This document shows positions 1 to 8,605 of a stretch of DNA of 48,284 bases, piece by piece; the first letter of the stretch is position 1, and each line of letters begins with the position of its first letter. This DNA is from an uncultured delta proteobacterium (GTDB lineage Bacteria > Desulfobacterota > Binatia > UBA9968). Below the pieces are notes generated by a model that worked only from the letters and a program-made list of their open reading frames with translations, was not told the origin of the DNA and did not search any database. The translations under genes and the position numbers were made by a program. The DNA is taken from the NCBI GenBank assembly GCA_963745035.1, contig CAVUVW010000001.1, positions 1 to 48,284 of the forward strand, in the 5' to 3' direction.

Positions 1-17
1 TGAGTCCTACCTTTATC

Positions 18-1272
18 ATTGAATTGAATTTGATTTAGTTCGACGAACTCAAGACGCACGGTCCGATTCACACCGCCCCCTCCTGGATGGACTCGAGGCG
101 CAACGTTGTTGCAGTGGTTGGTTGATTTTATTGAAGCGTCGTTCAGTTCAATCTTGCGTCGAAATTAGCCCTTTCTCCCTCGCCAAATCCGTTTTCCTTC
201 TGTCAAATAGTCGTTACCGCAACTACCGCGTGCATGATAGGCTCAAGACGAGGTGCGCGATGGAGAAAGTTGGTTGGTCATCAATCTTAGTTGCTGCGAT
301 GCTGTTTGCTTTTGCAGTGTTAGCCGACGCGCAGCAGCCGGCGAAAGTCCCTCGTATAGGTTATCTGGGGAACACCGCTTCTGGTCAAGCAGGCGCGGTG
401 GGCATGAAGACGTTTCGTGAACGTTTGCGTGAGCTCGGCTACATCGAGGGACAAAACATCACAATCGAGCCGCGTTTTTGGGAGGGGAAAGTTGAGCGAC
501 TGCCCGATCTCGCTGCTGAGCTAGTCCGTCTCAACTGTGACGTCATCCTTACGACTGGGACAGAAGCGGCACAGACTGCCAAAAACGTGATCAAGACAAT
601 TCCCGTCGTCATGGCGTTCGGTTCGGATGCCGTAAGGCGTGGCATCGTCGCGGACCTCGCGCGTCCCGGTGGAAACATCACGGGGCTGACCTCTATTGGC
701 TCCGAGCTAAACGGAAAACGGCTCGAACTACTCAAGGAAATTGTCCCCAAGCTTTCGCGGGTAGGCCATCTCTGGACTCCGACCAATCCAGATCATACGG
801 ACTATCAAGTGAAAGAGACAGAGACCGTGGCTCGGTCTTTACGGCTGGCGATTCAATCCTTAGAGGTGAAAGGGCCTGACGACTTCGAAGGGGCATTTCA
901 AGACGCAACCCAAAAGCGTGCTGGCGCCCTTCTGGTGGCAGGAGGTGGGTTCTTCGCTTTTCACGCAAAACGGATCGTCGATCTAGCGGCAAAGAGTCGA
1001 CTTCCAGCGATGTATAACAACAATCAGTATGTCGAGACGGGTGGACTGATGACTTATGCTGAGGACCGTCCTTACCAGCACCGGCGCGCCGCCGAGTACG
1101 TGGATAGGATTCTGAAAGGCGCCAAACCTGCCGATCTACCCGTGGAGCGGCCAACCAAGTTTGAGCTGGTGATTAACCTAAAAACTGCCAAACAGATCGG
1201 TCTGACGATTCCGCAGAAGGTACTGGCGAGAGCGGACAAGGTAATCAAGTAACGCCAGGATTGAATTGAATT
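18..1272. repeat. 13-bp direct repeat ATTGAATTGAATT at 18-30 and 1260-1272 flanking the SBP gene
   Basis: Exact match read from the sequence. Confidence 0.6.
260..1252 (+). CDS. ABC transporter substrate-binding protein (PF04392 ABC_sub_bind type), orphan
   Basis: Signal peptide ending ADAQQ, PRIGYL, LARPGGNITG and ADLPVERPTKFELVINLKTAK motifs; ATG at 260 is more plausible than the TTG at 122. Confidence 0.9.
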   Translation: MEKVGWSSILVAAMLFAFAVLADAQQPAKVPRIGYLGNTASGQAGAVGMKTFRERLRELGYIEGQNITIEPRFWEGKVERLPDLAAELVRLNCDVILTTGTEAAQTAKNVIKTIPVVMAFGSDAVRRGIVADLARPGGNITGLTSIGSELNGKRLELLKEIVPKLSRVGHLWTPTNPDHTDYQVKETETVARSLRLAIQSLEVKGPDDFEGAFQDATQKRAGALLVAGGGFFAFHAKRIVDLAAKSRLPAMYNNNQYVETGGLMTYAEDRPYQHRRAAEYVDRILKGAKPADLPVERPTKFELVINLKTAKQIGLTIPQKVLARADKVIK

Positions 1273-1365
1273 CTCCATCAACGCAATCTGCGTGAGATCG
1301 AATTGGGCTCGCGGGCCTCGCCGCGCTGCAGCAGGGTCCCCCGCGAGAACGAACTTGATTCCGAA

Positions 1366-1820
1366 TCAAGTGCTCGGGGTCGGGGCTTCGGCCTCTGCCT
1401 CGCCCATTTCCTCGATGATGTCCTGAAGAGATTCAGTTTTCCCCGCCTTCTCAAATCCAAACCGCTGAAGATTTCCAGCCAAGCTATTCACCACGCCGCG
1501 TCTATACCCGTCCAGCGTATGCAGCGCCTTCGGATTGTTCCGCGCCTTCTGGTTGGACTCCATCACGCCGTCGATGGCTCTGTTCACGGCCACCAACCAC
1601 GCCGCGTCCGATGCGATCACCTCGGCAAGCACGCGCATGGCGGTGCTGACCTGCGCCTCGCCGCCCTTGTCGTTGATTAAGCCGTTAAGGATTTCTTCCC
1701 GGATGGACTGCTCTGCAGGTGTGAGAGCGCCGTTTACCCGTCGTTGCGAGATCCCCGCCGACCATGTCTAAACGCGTTCTGATTGCGTGGTGGGCCGCTC
1801 TTCCCGCGTATCCCTGCCAT
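1366..1820 (-). pseudogene. Frameshifted phage terminase-small-subunit-like hypothetical protein
   Basis: ATG at 1820 reads MAGIRGKSGPPRNQNAFRHG; a 1-nt shift near 1760 joins it to AGISQRRVNGALTPAEQSIREEILNGLINDKGGEAQVSTA and then to the 1366..1638 ORF. G-P-x-N-x-N-A-x-x-H-G is typical of terminase small subunit-like N-termini. Confidence 0.55.
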
Positions 1821-1916
1821 GAGGACAGGATAGCGGAGACAGCGCCATTTTGCCTGTGAATAGCGCGATTCGATCTGTCAGACGAGATTCTATTCGATTT
1901 TAGATGGGATTTCTGA

Positions 1917-2010
1917 CCGACAAAGTAAAGGCAAAGCTAAGAAATTCTTCTTTGTTTCCGAATGGTTAGAGGTGCTACGAGAATTAATAATCCTCGTGTC
2001 GGTCAGGTTC
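1917..2010 (+). mobile_element. Degenerate att remnant resembling tRNA-Phe (AATCCTCGTGTCGGT at 1989-2003), preceded by arm-like repeats GACAAAG/GGCAAAG
   Basis: Matches the anticodon-stem 3' strand and variable loop of bacterial tRNA-Phe(GAA); shares AATCCTCGTG with the site at about 9499. Confidence 0.45.
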
Positions 2011-2188
2011 ATTTTGGTCGCGTGCGCAACAATGATATTGCGGCTGCGCAACGGCTCCGTTGATTTCTTCGGCTGCGGTTTAAAATTGCTCGCCTATCAT
2101 GAAGATAGTTTAACGGCTTGGAGCTTTTTGTAGCGTTGTTTATTTGTCAGGATGTTAAAAACTGAACTCCTCTCGTCCGGGAGACCCT

Positions 2189-2419
2189 ATGCAGAGGAAA
2201 GAAGCCGATGGTCACATAATTGAAGCGACTGCGACGCAAAATGCTGACACTAGTCGTTGGAACGTGCGGGTCGTGGTTTCTTGGGAGAAGGGAACCGATG
2301 TCACGTTTCAACCGTTTGATGGTCCGCCTGAGGGTTTCGAAACCGAGGCCGAAGCTGAAGCCTGGGGAATTGCGCTCGGTCAAAAATGGATTGATGACGG
2401 GAAGCCCTCCCTTAGCTAG
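2189..2419 (+). CDS. Small hypothetical protein, family copy 1 (W...VSW...F-x-T-x-x-EAE-x-x-G...K-W-ID)
   Basis: RBS GGAGA; aligns by eye with 2913..3155 and 3859..4091. Confidence 0.75.
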   Translation: MQRKEADGHIIEATATQNADTSRWNVRVVVSWEKGTDVTFQPFDGPPEGFETEAEAEAWGIALGQKWIDDGKPSLS

Positions 2420-2538
2420 GCTACTGTTCTGCATTCCGTAAAGTGTCTTCTTATGATGTGAAATCCCATTGTCGGCTTTCTGACAATCAACCAATCATTT
2501 GACACTGTGTAACGATTTATTGTATTCGACTCGGCGCT

Positions 2539-2847
2539 ATGAAATTGCGCGAACACCCCGGGATAAGCCTCGTTAGCTGGATTGCAATGTCCGGATCACA
2601 AAAAGAACAAATAGCCTATGACCGTTCCATACTGACAAACGTTGCCCTCTCTCGGGTTCATCCGATAACGATTTGCTATCTTACGACTCAACTTGAAGAT
2701 GAAACCTACATGGGCACCCTGTTGTGCAAGAATCCCAATGTTTGCCGTACAATTTATGCCCTGCTTCAAAAGAACATAGGTAAACCGATAGGTGAGATCG
2801 GCGAACTTGAATTGCCGGATGACCCTAGCAATACGCTGATGGCATGA
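2539..2847 (+). CDS. Hypothetical protein (102 aa)
   Basis: ATG ORF with protein-like composition; TTGACA at 2499 upstream. Confidence 0.7.
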   Translation: MKLREHPGISLVSWIAMSGSQKEQIAYDRSILTNVALSRVHPITICYLTTQLEDETYMGTLLCKNPNVCRTIYALLQKNIGKPIGEIGELELPDDPSNTLMA

Positions 2848-2912
2848 GAACGTTTTTTCGGTGGCTTTCCCGAACACGCTACAAAACCAGGATTTTCTAA
2901 TCAGGAGGAACC

Positions 2913-3155
2913 GTGAGGCGTCTATACGGTGGCCGCAGGATCGAATCGGTAGTGCATCAAACCCCAGATGAAAAATGGATCGCGAGCGTCATGGTCTCCT
3001 GGGGTAAAGAGGGTTTCGAGCAATTCAAGCCGTTACAACCGCAACACACCTTCGATTCAATAGCTGAAGCGGAAGCCTGGGGCATCCGGTGCGGAAAGAG
3101 ATGGATCGACCGGCAAACAAGCACAATTACCGGTTACAATGGCGCCCGCATTTAA
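2913..3155 (+). CDS. Small hypothetical protein, family copy 2
   Basis: RBS AGGAGG before GTG; VSWG...FDSIAEAEAWG...KRWID matches copy 1. Confidence 0.75.
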   Translation: MRRLYGGRRIESVVHQTPDEKWIASVMVSWGKEGFEQFKPLQPQHTFDSIAEAEAWGIRCGKRWIDRQTSTITGYNGARI

Positions 3156-3354
3156 GCGCACTGTTCTTGTTTTTTTCTTCGGTGACGTTCTCTTCAGCTT
3201 ATTTATTTTTATCTTCATCCATTGGTTAAGATCTGAAATTATGTTTTTCCACAAACAGATTTATTTTTCTGGCTATAATCTGCTCCTGGTGCTCAGGAAT
3301 TTCCTCCAAGGTTTCGAAAACCTACTCCCGGCATTTCTCTAGGAGAAATAGAAG

Positions 3355-3531
3355 ATGATCTTCTATAGCCGCGACGACAAGCCCGTGGAAGTAAACACAT
3401 ACAATTTCAAGCAGATAGTAAGAGGTGGAATTCAAGGAGCTGGCTTAGTCCAGGTCGAGTTTAAGGACGGCTCCAAAGAATGGGTGAAGGCGACCGATGA
3501 GGAAATTTTGAAGGCCGGAACAGAAGAATAA
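3355..3531 (+). CDS. 58-aa hypothetical protein MIFYSRDDKPVEVNTYNFKQIVRGGIQGAGLVQVEFKDGSKEWVKATDEEILKAGTEE (below ORF-track cutoff)
   Basis: AGGAGA RBS at 3341, ATG at 3355, TAA at 3529-3531; translated by hand. Confidence 0.6.
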   Translation: MIFYSRDDKPVEVNTYNFKQIVRGGIQGAGLVQVEFKDGSKEWVKATDEEILKAGTEE

Positions 3532-3858
3532 AGCGGATATTTAGTTCGGTTTTACAACTGTTGTCGCGCCACGCAATTTTCAAAAATAGCTTGCTAATGT
3601 CGCTCCTCGAACTCATAGGCTTATCGCATCCTCTATCGCGATCGTCGAATTCGCGTACAAATTCATCGCGCGCTGGTGTTCAAAAAAAACTTTCAGGTGG
3701 GACTTTTGTTCTCATCCCACGCTTGCCCTTTTTAAAAAATCTAAATTGTTCACAGCTTTTGCCACCATACTATTAAATTTTATCCTCCGGCCGGAAAAGT
3801 CTGGATATCGATTATCGATTGCGGTAATTCTCACCGTAAAAGCCGGGAGAGCGGATTT

Positions 3859-4091
3859 ATGGAAACAATTTACAAAGGCCACAATATTAATTCTGTCGCT
3901 ATGCCAGATGCGGAAACGAGAAGGTGGTGGTTGCGGGTTTCAATTGTTTGTCCTGCAGCACCAGGGAGGCCAAACCGGGAAGAAAAACCGGTAATTGTGA
4001 GAAGCTTTTTTACTGAAGTTGACGCAGAAAAAGCCGGGGAGTGGCATTTGCAAAACAATGGATCGACGAGAGTGAATCAACTCTACAGTGA
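3859..4091 (+). pseudogene. Small hypothetical protein, family copy 3, frameshifted in a G-run at 4036-4039
   Basis: YKGHNI...WW...FFTEVDAEKAG, then the family C-terminus VAFAKQWIDESESTLQ* continues in another frame from 4041. Confidence 0.65.
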
Positions 4092-4303
4092 TTTGCGTTC
4101 ATTCTCGTAGGGCGGTAGTGATGGATCATCCAGATTCGGCTGGAGGGGCGTGTTCTCGTAAGCCTTCGTCATATCTCCCACATTCTTATTCAGAAAGTCT
4201 TTGATCGCCTTCGTTACCTTCTACCACTCCGGCGTTCTCGCGAGGCCGCAGGCTTCCATGAGAGCCAGGGTTGCCGCTTCGCTCAGCGAGGAAGGGATCG
4301 GAT

Positions 4304-4540
4304 ATGATTGACACAAGAAGAACGGGAATTCGTTGTCGTGCAAAAAAATTGATCCGTGATCACGGGACAAAGATTGAGCCTGATAACCAGGGCACTATTG
4401 TTTACGAAATTGAAGATGTGGAGCGACAACTGATTCTAGTAGAATGGGATGGCGGTCCATCGCTATACGTGTTTCCCAACGAAATTGAAATCACGGGCAC
4501 CCGTGAGTCACGACGGCATCAAACCGATCGTGGTGAATAA
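4304..4540 (+). CDS. Small hypothetical protein, beta-rich (SH3-like pattern)
   Basis: GTIVYEIE..RQLILVEWDGG..YVFPNEIE; ATG at 4304 after a purine-rich RBS. Confidence 0.65.
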   Translation: MIDTRRTGIRCRAKKLIRDHGTKIEPDNQGTIVYEIEDVERQLILVEWDGGPSLYVFPNEIEITGTRESRRHQTDRGE

Positions 4541-4655
4541 CACGTCCAAATAGGCGTCTAACTTACATAATCTGATGGAGCCGAGTGGAGGGAGGCACCA
4601 TTGGGTTGTTAGTTTGGGACGTAAACGACAATATGTTCACGAGGAGGATTCATAA

Positions 4656-4886
4656 ATGAAACGCTTTCTGAGTGTTCTAGTTACTTCTGCATTTTTGGCT
4701 TCGGCAGCGTACGCTGCGGAAGGTGATAAGAAGGTCGGCGTTACAGGTGAAGAGAAGAAAACCGACGGCAAAGAGAAATCCGCTGACACCAAGGCCGGCG
4801 CCACGGGCGAAAGAAAAGCCCGCGATACGAAAGTCGGCTTTGAGGGTGAAGAGAAAAAGGCTGAAGAGAAAAAAACAACCAAGTAA
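4656..4886 (+). CDS. Small secreted Lys/Glu-rich, probably disordered protein
   Basis: RBS GAGGAGG; signal peptide ending AYA-A; internal repeat KVGxxGEEKK. Confidence 0.8.
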   Translation: MKRFLSVLVTSAFLASAAYAAEGDKKVGVTGEEKKTDGKEKSADTKAGATGERKARDTKVGFEGEEKKAEEKKTTK

Positions 4887-4903
4887 GTTTCTCGATTTTC
4901 GCC

Positions 4904-4930
4904 GGGCGAGGTGACCCTCCCACCTCGCTC
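4904..4930 (+). terminator. Hairpin after the 4656 gene, probable terminator between convergent genes
   Basis: GGGCGAGGTG...CACCTCGCTC stem. Confidence 0.5.
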
Positions 4931-4981
4931 GAATTCCCATCTCATTTTCCAAATTATCGCCAGGTCTAATTCAGGCTAATT

Positions 4982-5377
4982 CTACACTATAGTTATCGGA
5001 GTGCGTAGCACTATGGACAGAAGATCCGAGCTCACCTTGTTGTTGAGGTCTCGTTTCAGTTCGCGCAGGTCTTCCTTGTACTCGCGTCGGCTATCCTGCA
5101 GGTTCTCCTGTGACTCACGGATTGCGGCTTTATCCCGAGCAAGTTCGCCTCTGCTCGCTCCCGAGCGTTTGTCCTGTTGATACTCGCGTCGGTCTTCTTT
5201 CAGCTCGTTGCGGTCTCGTTCCAACTCTTGCTTGCTTTGCCTGAGCTCCCGACGGTCTTGTTGAATCTCCCGTCTTTCCCGCTCCGAACGGTGGTCGTCT
5301 GCCAGCCCGACGGACGGCAGCATGATCAATGTTCCGATGAATATCGCACTTTTGAAAAAGTCATTGTGTCGCGTCAT
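4982..5377 (-). CDS. Secreted coiled-coil protein with D-R-R-E-L/Y heptads, C-terminus possibly truncated
   Basis: RBS AAGGAGGT before ATG at 5377; hydrophobic signal segment followed by charged heptad repeats. Confidence 0.7.
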   Translation of the reverse strand: MTRHNDFFKSAIFIGTLIMLPSVGLADDHRSERERREIQQDRRELRQSKQELERDRNELKEDRREYQQDKRSGASRGELARDKAAIRESQENLQDSRREYKEDLRELKRDLNNKVSSDLLSIVLRTPITIV

Positions 5378-5405
5378 TGAGCACCTCCTTCTGGGAGAAC
5401 AGAGA

Positions 5406-5420
5406 GCAAGCATTATGCCT
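5406..5420 (-). promoter_or_regulatory. Putative sigma54 -24/-12 promoter (AGGCAT-AATGC-TTGC)
   Basis: GG-N10-GC spacing about 30 nt upstream of the 5377 start. Confidence 0.5.
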
Positions 5421-5601
5421 TCCGCAGGTGATTGATTTTGCGACGGTTGCCGAGGTGGTGCTTTCGCACCGTCAGGGAAAATCATAAACGCCAATCATAG
5501 TTTATACCGTCGGCCAGAGCCTGAGAGCTATTCGAACGAGGGAGCGATCTCAAAATGTACACACGTCATTCGCGTATAGGCAGGTGATAAAGCAGTCGAT
5601 C

Positions 5602-5856
5602 TCATGGTGACGGGAAAGGTGAGGCCGGAATAAGAAAGATTCTTTCGTCTGCATCCAGTTTGAACTTTTTTCCTGTTTTAAGGCACAACGCGGTATGACC
5701 CCTGAGCGCAGAGACCTGTGGAGGTGCCACGCGACCGCGAAACAGCTCTGCAACACTTTGCTTCCGTTCCACAATGTCTATCAGATAGAGTCTCATCAGA
5801 AGCGGATGCTCACCGTCACAGTCCTCGCAATGAAAAACGACGTCATAGACCGGCAT
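5602..5856 (-). CDS. Small hypothetical protein, possible Zn-binding (CEDC...H...C)
   Basis: ATG ORF of 84 aa with CxxC. Confidence 0.65.
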   Translation of the reverse strand: MPVYDVVFHCEDCDGEHPLLMRLYLIDIVERKQSVAELFRGRVAPPQVSALRGHTALCLKTGKKFKLDADERIFLIPASPFPSP

Positions 5857-6015
5857 AGTATCTTTACCCAGATGAGGTTCCGGCTCATAATGAAAGCATA
5901 ACAGCGCAAGTTGTGCGATCTAGAGCTTCAGTCTGCGGAGCGTGGATTTGTATGGAATCGCAAAGATGTTCTCGCTGATTAGAACAGCTCTTCTCGACCC
6001 CGAGGATGCACCGGC

Positions 6016-6082
6016 GCTGGCGATCACCTCGGCCAGCACTCTCATGGCCGTGCTGATTTGGGGTGTCACCGCCTTTGTCTGC
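6016..6082 (-). pseudogene. Fragment of a second copy of the terminase-small-like gene (ADKGGDT/QISTAMRVLAEVIAS)
   Basis: Near-identical at protein level to NDKGGEAQVSTAMRVLAEVIAS of the 1366-1820 gene. Confidence 0.7.
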
Positions 6083-6094
6083 TGATGGATCTTC

Positions 6095-7093
6095 TTACCG
6101 CAACTGCAATCTTTGAGGGGCTGCTGCGGACGGCACTACGATGGGGCTTATGAAATGCCCGAACGCGAAAGGCCTACGTCCCACCGCGACGGTCCCCAGG
6201 GGAAAGCTTGGGGCCGTGGCGATCAGAGTGATGGTATTTGAGCCGGTGTTTGCCACGTACACAAGTTTCCCGTCAGGGTGTACTGCAACTCCACCAGGAC
6301 TAATTCCCACTCCCACCCATCTCACGACCGTGTTCGAAGCCGTGTCGATAACCGAGAGGGTGTTGTCGAGGGAGTTTGTCACGTAGACACGGCTCCCGCT
6401 ACCGTGTACCGCAACTCCAATGGGCCAAACTCCTACCTCCACGGTTCCCACAACTGTATTCGAAGCCGTGTTGATAATCGACATGGTGTTGCTGTTCCTA
6501 TTTGTCACATAGACACGGCTCCCATCAGAGTGTACAGCCGCGCCGTAAGGGAAACTCTCCACCGGCACCGTCGCTATCACAGTGTTTGAGGCCGTATTGA
6601 TGACAGAGACAGTGTTGTCCATCGCGTTTGCCACATAGACACGGCTCCCATTAGGTTGTATCGCCGCGCCTAAAGGGAACCTTCCCACCACTACTCTTGC
6701 TATCACAGTGTTTGAAGCCGTATCGATGACAGAGACGGTGCTATCGCCGTTGCTTGTCACGTAGGCACGGCTCCCATCAGCGTTTACCGCCACACCCTCA
6801 GGGGAATTCCCAACTGCGACCGCTGCTATCGCAGTATTCGAAGCTGTGTTGATCACAGAGACGGTATGGTCGATGGAATTTGCTACGTAGACACGGCTCC
6901 CATCGGGGTGTACCGCAACTCCTTTAGGGCGAGTTCCCACCTGCACCGTCTTCACATCATTCGAAGCCGTGTCGATAACCGAGACGGTGTTGTCCTCTAG
7001 ATTTGTGATGTAGGCAAACGGAGCCCCTGTACCCATGTCAGGGAAGTAGAATAAGACCGATATAAGACCGATAGCTCGAATGAGGTTTCGCAT
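6095..7093 (-). CDS. Secreted YVTN-repeat beta-propeller protein (YncE-like, about 7 blades)
   Basis: Repeats of GVAVHPDGSRVYV(T/A)N..DNTVSVIDTASN with 126-bp DNA periodicity; N-terminal signal sequence. Confidence 0.92.
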   Translation of the reverse strand: MRNLIRAIGLISVLFYFPDMGTGAPFAYITNLEDNTVSVIDTASNDVKTVQVGTRPKGVAVHPDGSRVYVANSIDHTVSVINTASNTAIAAVAVGNSPEGVAVNADGSRAYVTSNGDSTVSVIDTASNTVIARVVVGRFPLGAAIQPNGSRVYVANAMDNTVSVINTASNTVIATVPVESFPYGAAVHSDGSRVYVTNRNSNTMSIINTASNTVVGTVEVGVWPIGVAVHGSGSRVYVTNSLDNTLSVIDTASNTVVRWVGVGISPGGVAVHPDGKLVYVANTGSNTITLIATAPSFPLGTVAVGRRPFAFGHFISPIVVPSAAAPQRLQLR

Positions 7094-7534
7094 ATCGAAT
7101 CTCCTATTATTGCGGCCTCCTTAAACGAACATGTATGGGCAACCCTTTCGCTCGAACAGCCTTCAACTCGACTGCTTCTTCGTGCTCACTAAATACAGCC
7201 TGTCATAATATTGCTTGAGTGAAAGGGCCCCTTTCGAGCTGGTTGGTTGACCTAGTCTCACTCAAACGCGCTAGTCTCCGCGTAATTCTGGAGGTGGACA
7301 ATGCCCTATCGTCGGGGCCTTTCGATGATATGACGATCCTGACAATAAGAGAAAGCGATGTTAAGCAGCCACCATTTTTTTTAAATCCGTCCGAGATACC
7401 TAATGTTAGTTCACATCCGTCACCATTCGGCCGCATGAGTCATCCTTGCGAAGTTACTCGCAGCGTCGTCTTGCTTTCGGGACGAGTGTTATCCGTGAGA
7501 GGTGAAATCGTTCATTAATTCTCAAACCCGTCGA

Positions 7535-7549
7535 TGGCATGCCGCTTGC
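7535..7549 (+). promoter_or_regulatory. sigma54 promoter TGGCAT-GCCGC-TTGC
   Basis: Near-consensus -24/-12 box 35 nt before the BON gene. Confidence 0.7.
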
Positions 7550-7583
7550 GCTAGTTTCATGGGATCAAACAAGGAGGAGTGAA

Positions 7584-7973
7584 ATGAAAATTTTTATTGT
7601 ACTGCTGTTCTCCGTACTGCTCATCGCCGGTTGTTCGAAGGATAGGTCGGACGACAAACAAGTTTCTCAAACTAATGTAGAACCTGATAACTCCGGCCGC
7701 AACGTCCAAGACCGTGACAACCAGAACAAGACTTCAGGAGATCAGTCCGAGAGCGAAGCAGATCGAACGATTAGTCAAAACATAAGAGCTGCCATTACAT
7801 CGGACGATTCTCTTTCTACCAATGCAAAAAACGTCAAGATTATAACAAGCGATGGCACCGTGACACTGCGGGGACCCGTGAAGAGTGACAAGGAGAGAGC
7901 GGAGATCGAAGCGAAAGCGAAACAGGTCGCTGGCGTCAAGAGGGTGGAGAACCAATTAGAGATCGCCAGCTAA
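7584..7973 (+). CDS. BON-domain (OsmY-like) lipoprotein
   Basis: RBS AAGGAGG, lipobox LIAGC, BON motif GTVTLRGPV..AKQVAGVKRVENQL. Confidence 0.9.
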   Translation: MKIFIVLLFSVLLIAGCSKDRSDDKQVSQTNVEPDNSGRNVQDRDNQNKTSGDQSESEADRTISQNIRAAITSDDSLSTNAKNVKIITSDGTVTLRGPVKSDKERAEIEAKAKQVAGVKRVENQLEIAS

Positions 7974-7993
7974 ACTAACTATAGGAGAACATT

Positions 7994-8557
7994 ATGGCTA
8001 AAGCAGTTTTCGGATTAGTTGACAGTGAAACTCAGGCCGAACATATCGTTGATGGCCTTAAGGCTGCCGGGTTTTCCAATAATGATATTTCGGTTTTATT
8101 CCCTGACAAATCAGGCACGAGAGATTTTGCACACGAGCAGAATACCAAAGCGCCCGAAGGGGCTGCGACAGGGGCCGGCACAGGCGGAGTCCTTGGTGGA
8201 GTGCTTGGCTGGCTTGTGGGGATCGGGTCATTGGCTATTCCCGGCGTCGGACCATTTATTGCTGCCGGGCCGATCATGGCCGCCTTGGCAGGAGCGGGTG
8301 TCGGCGCTGCGGTTGGCGGACTTTCGGGTGCCTTAATTGGATTAGGTATTCCTGAGTATGAAGCCAAGCAGTACGAGGGAAAAATAAAAGCAGGTAACAT
8401 TCTCATTTCCGTCCACTCGGAAAACAGTGATGAAGTTAAGCGCGCAAAGGACATGTTTGAGCACGCCGGCGCGCATGATGTTTCCTCGACCGGAGAAGAA
8501 AGCGTCCCTGATAAAGACAGATCCCAAACAACCGTCGGTTATCGCGAACGGTCATAG
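7994..8557 (+). CDS. General stress protein with glycine-zipper membrane segment (YflT/DUF3341-like)
   Basis: GAATGAGTGGVLGG..IPGVGPFIAAGPI..GIPEYEAKQYEGKIKAGNILISVH pattern. Confidence 0.85.
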   Translation: MAKAVFGLVDSETQAEHIVDGLKAAGFSNNDISVLFPDKSGTRDFAHEQNTKAPEGAATGAGTGGVLGGVLGWLVGIGSLAIPGVGPFIAAGPIMAALAGAGVGAAVGGLSGALIGLGIPEYEAKQYEGKIKAGNILISVHSENSDEVKRAKDMFEHAGAHDVSSTGEESVPDKDRSQTTVGYRERS

Positions 8558-8605
8558 TTTCCGAAAGGCATAAAAGTGAATTGGTCGAAATAGTAAGGAG
8601 AGAAA

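Noticed and set aside
122-259. N-terminal extensions in the ORF track (also at 13152, 14187, 24554, 35404 and 43127)
   Set aside because: They precede the signal peptide or first conserved motif, or overlap neighbouring genes; downstream starts were preferred
4556-4615. Possible integron attC (GTCTAAC...GTTAGTT) explaining the same-strand small-gene run
   Set aside because: The inner L boxes do not pair, no similar sites follow the other small genes, and there is no integron integrase
7203-7518. ORFs of 77-99 aa between the YVTN and BON genes, and similar ORFs at 9553-9954 and 11466-11853
   Set aside because: No RBS or recognisable motifs; more likely promoter regions or decayed DNA
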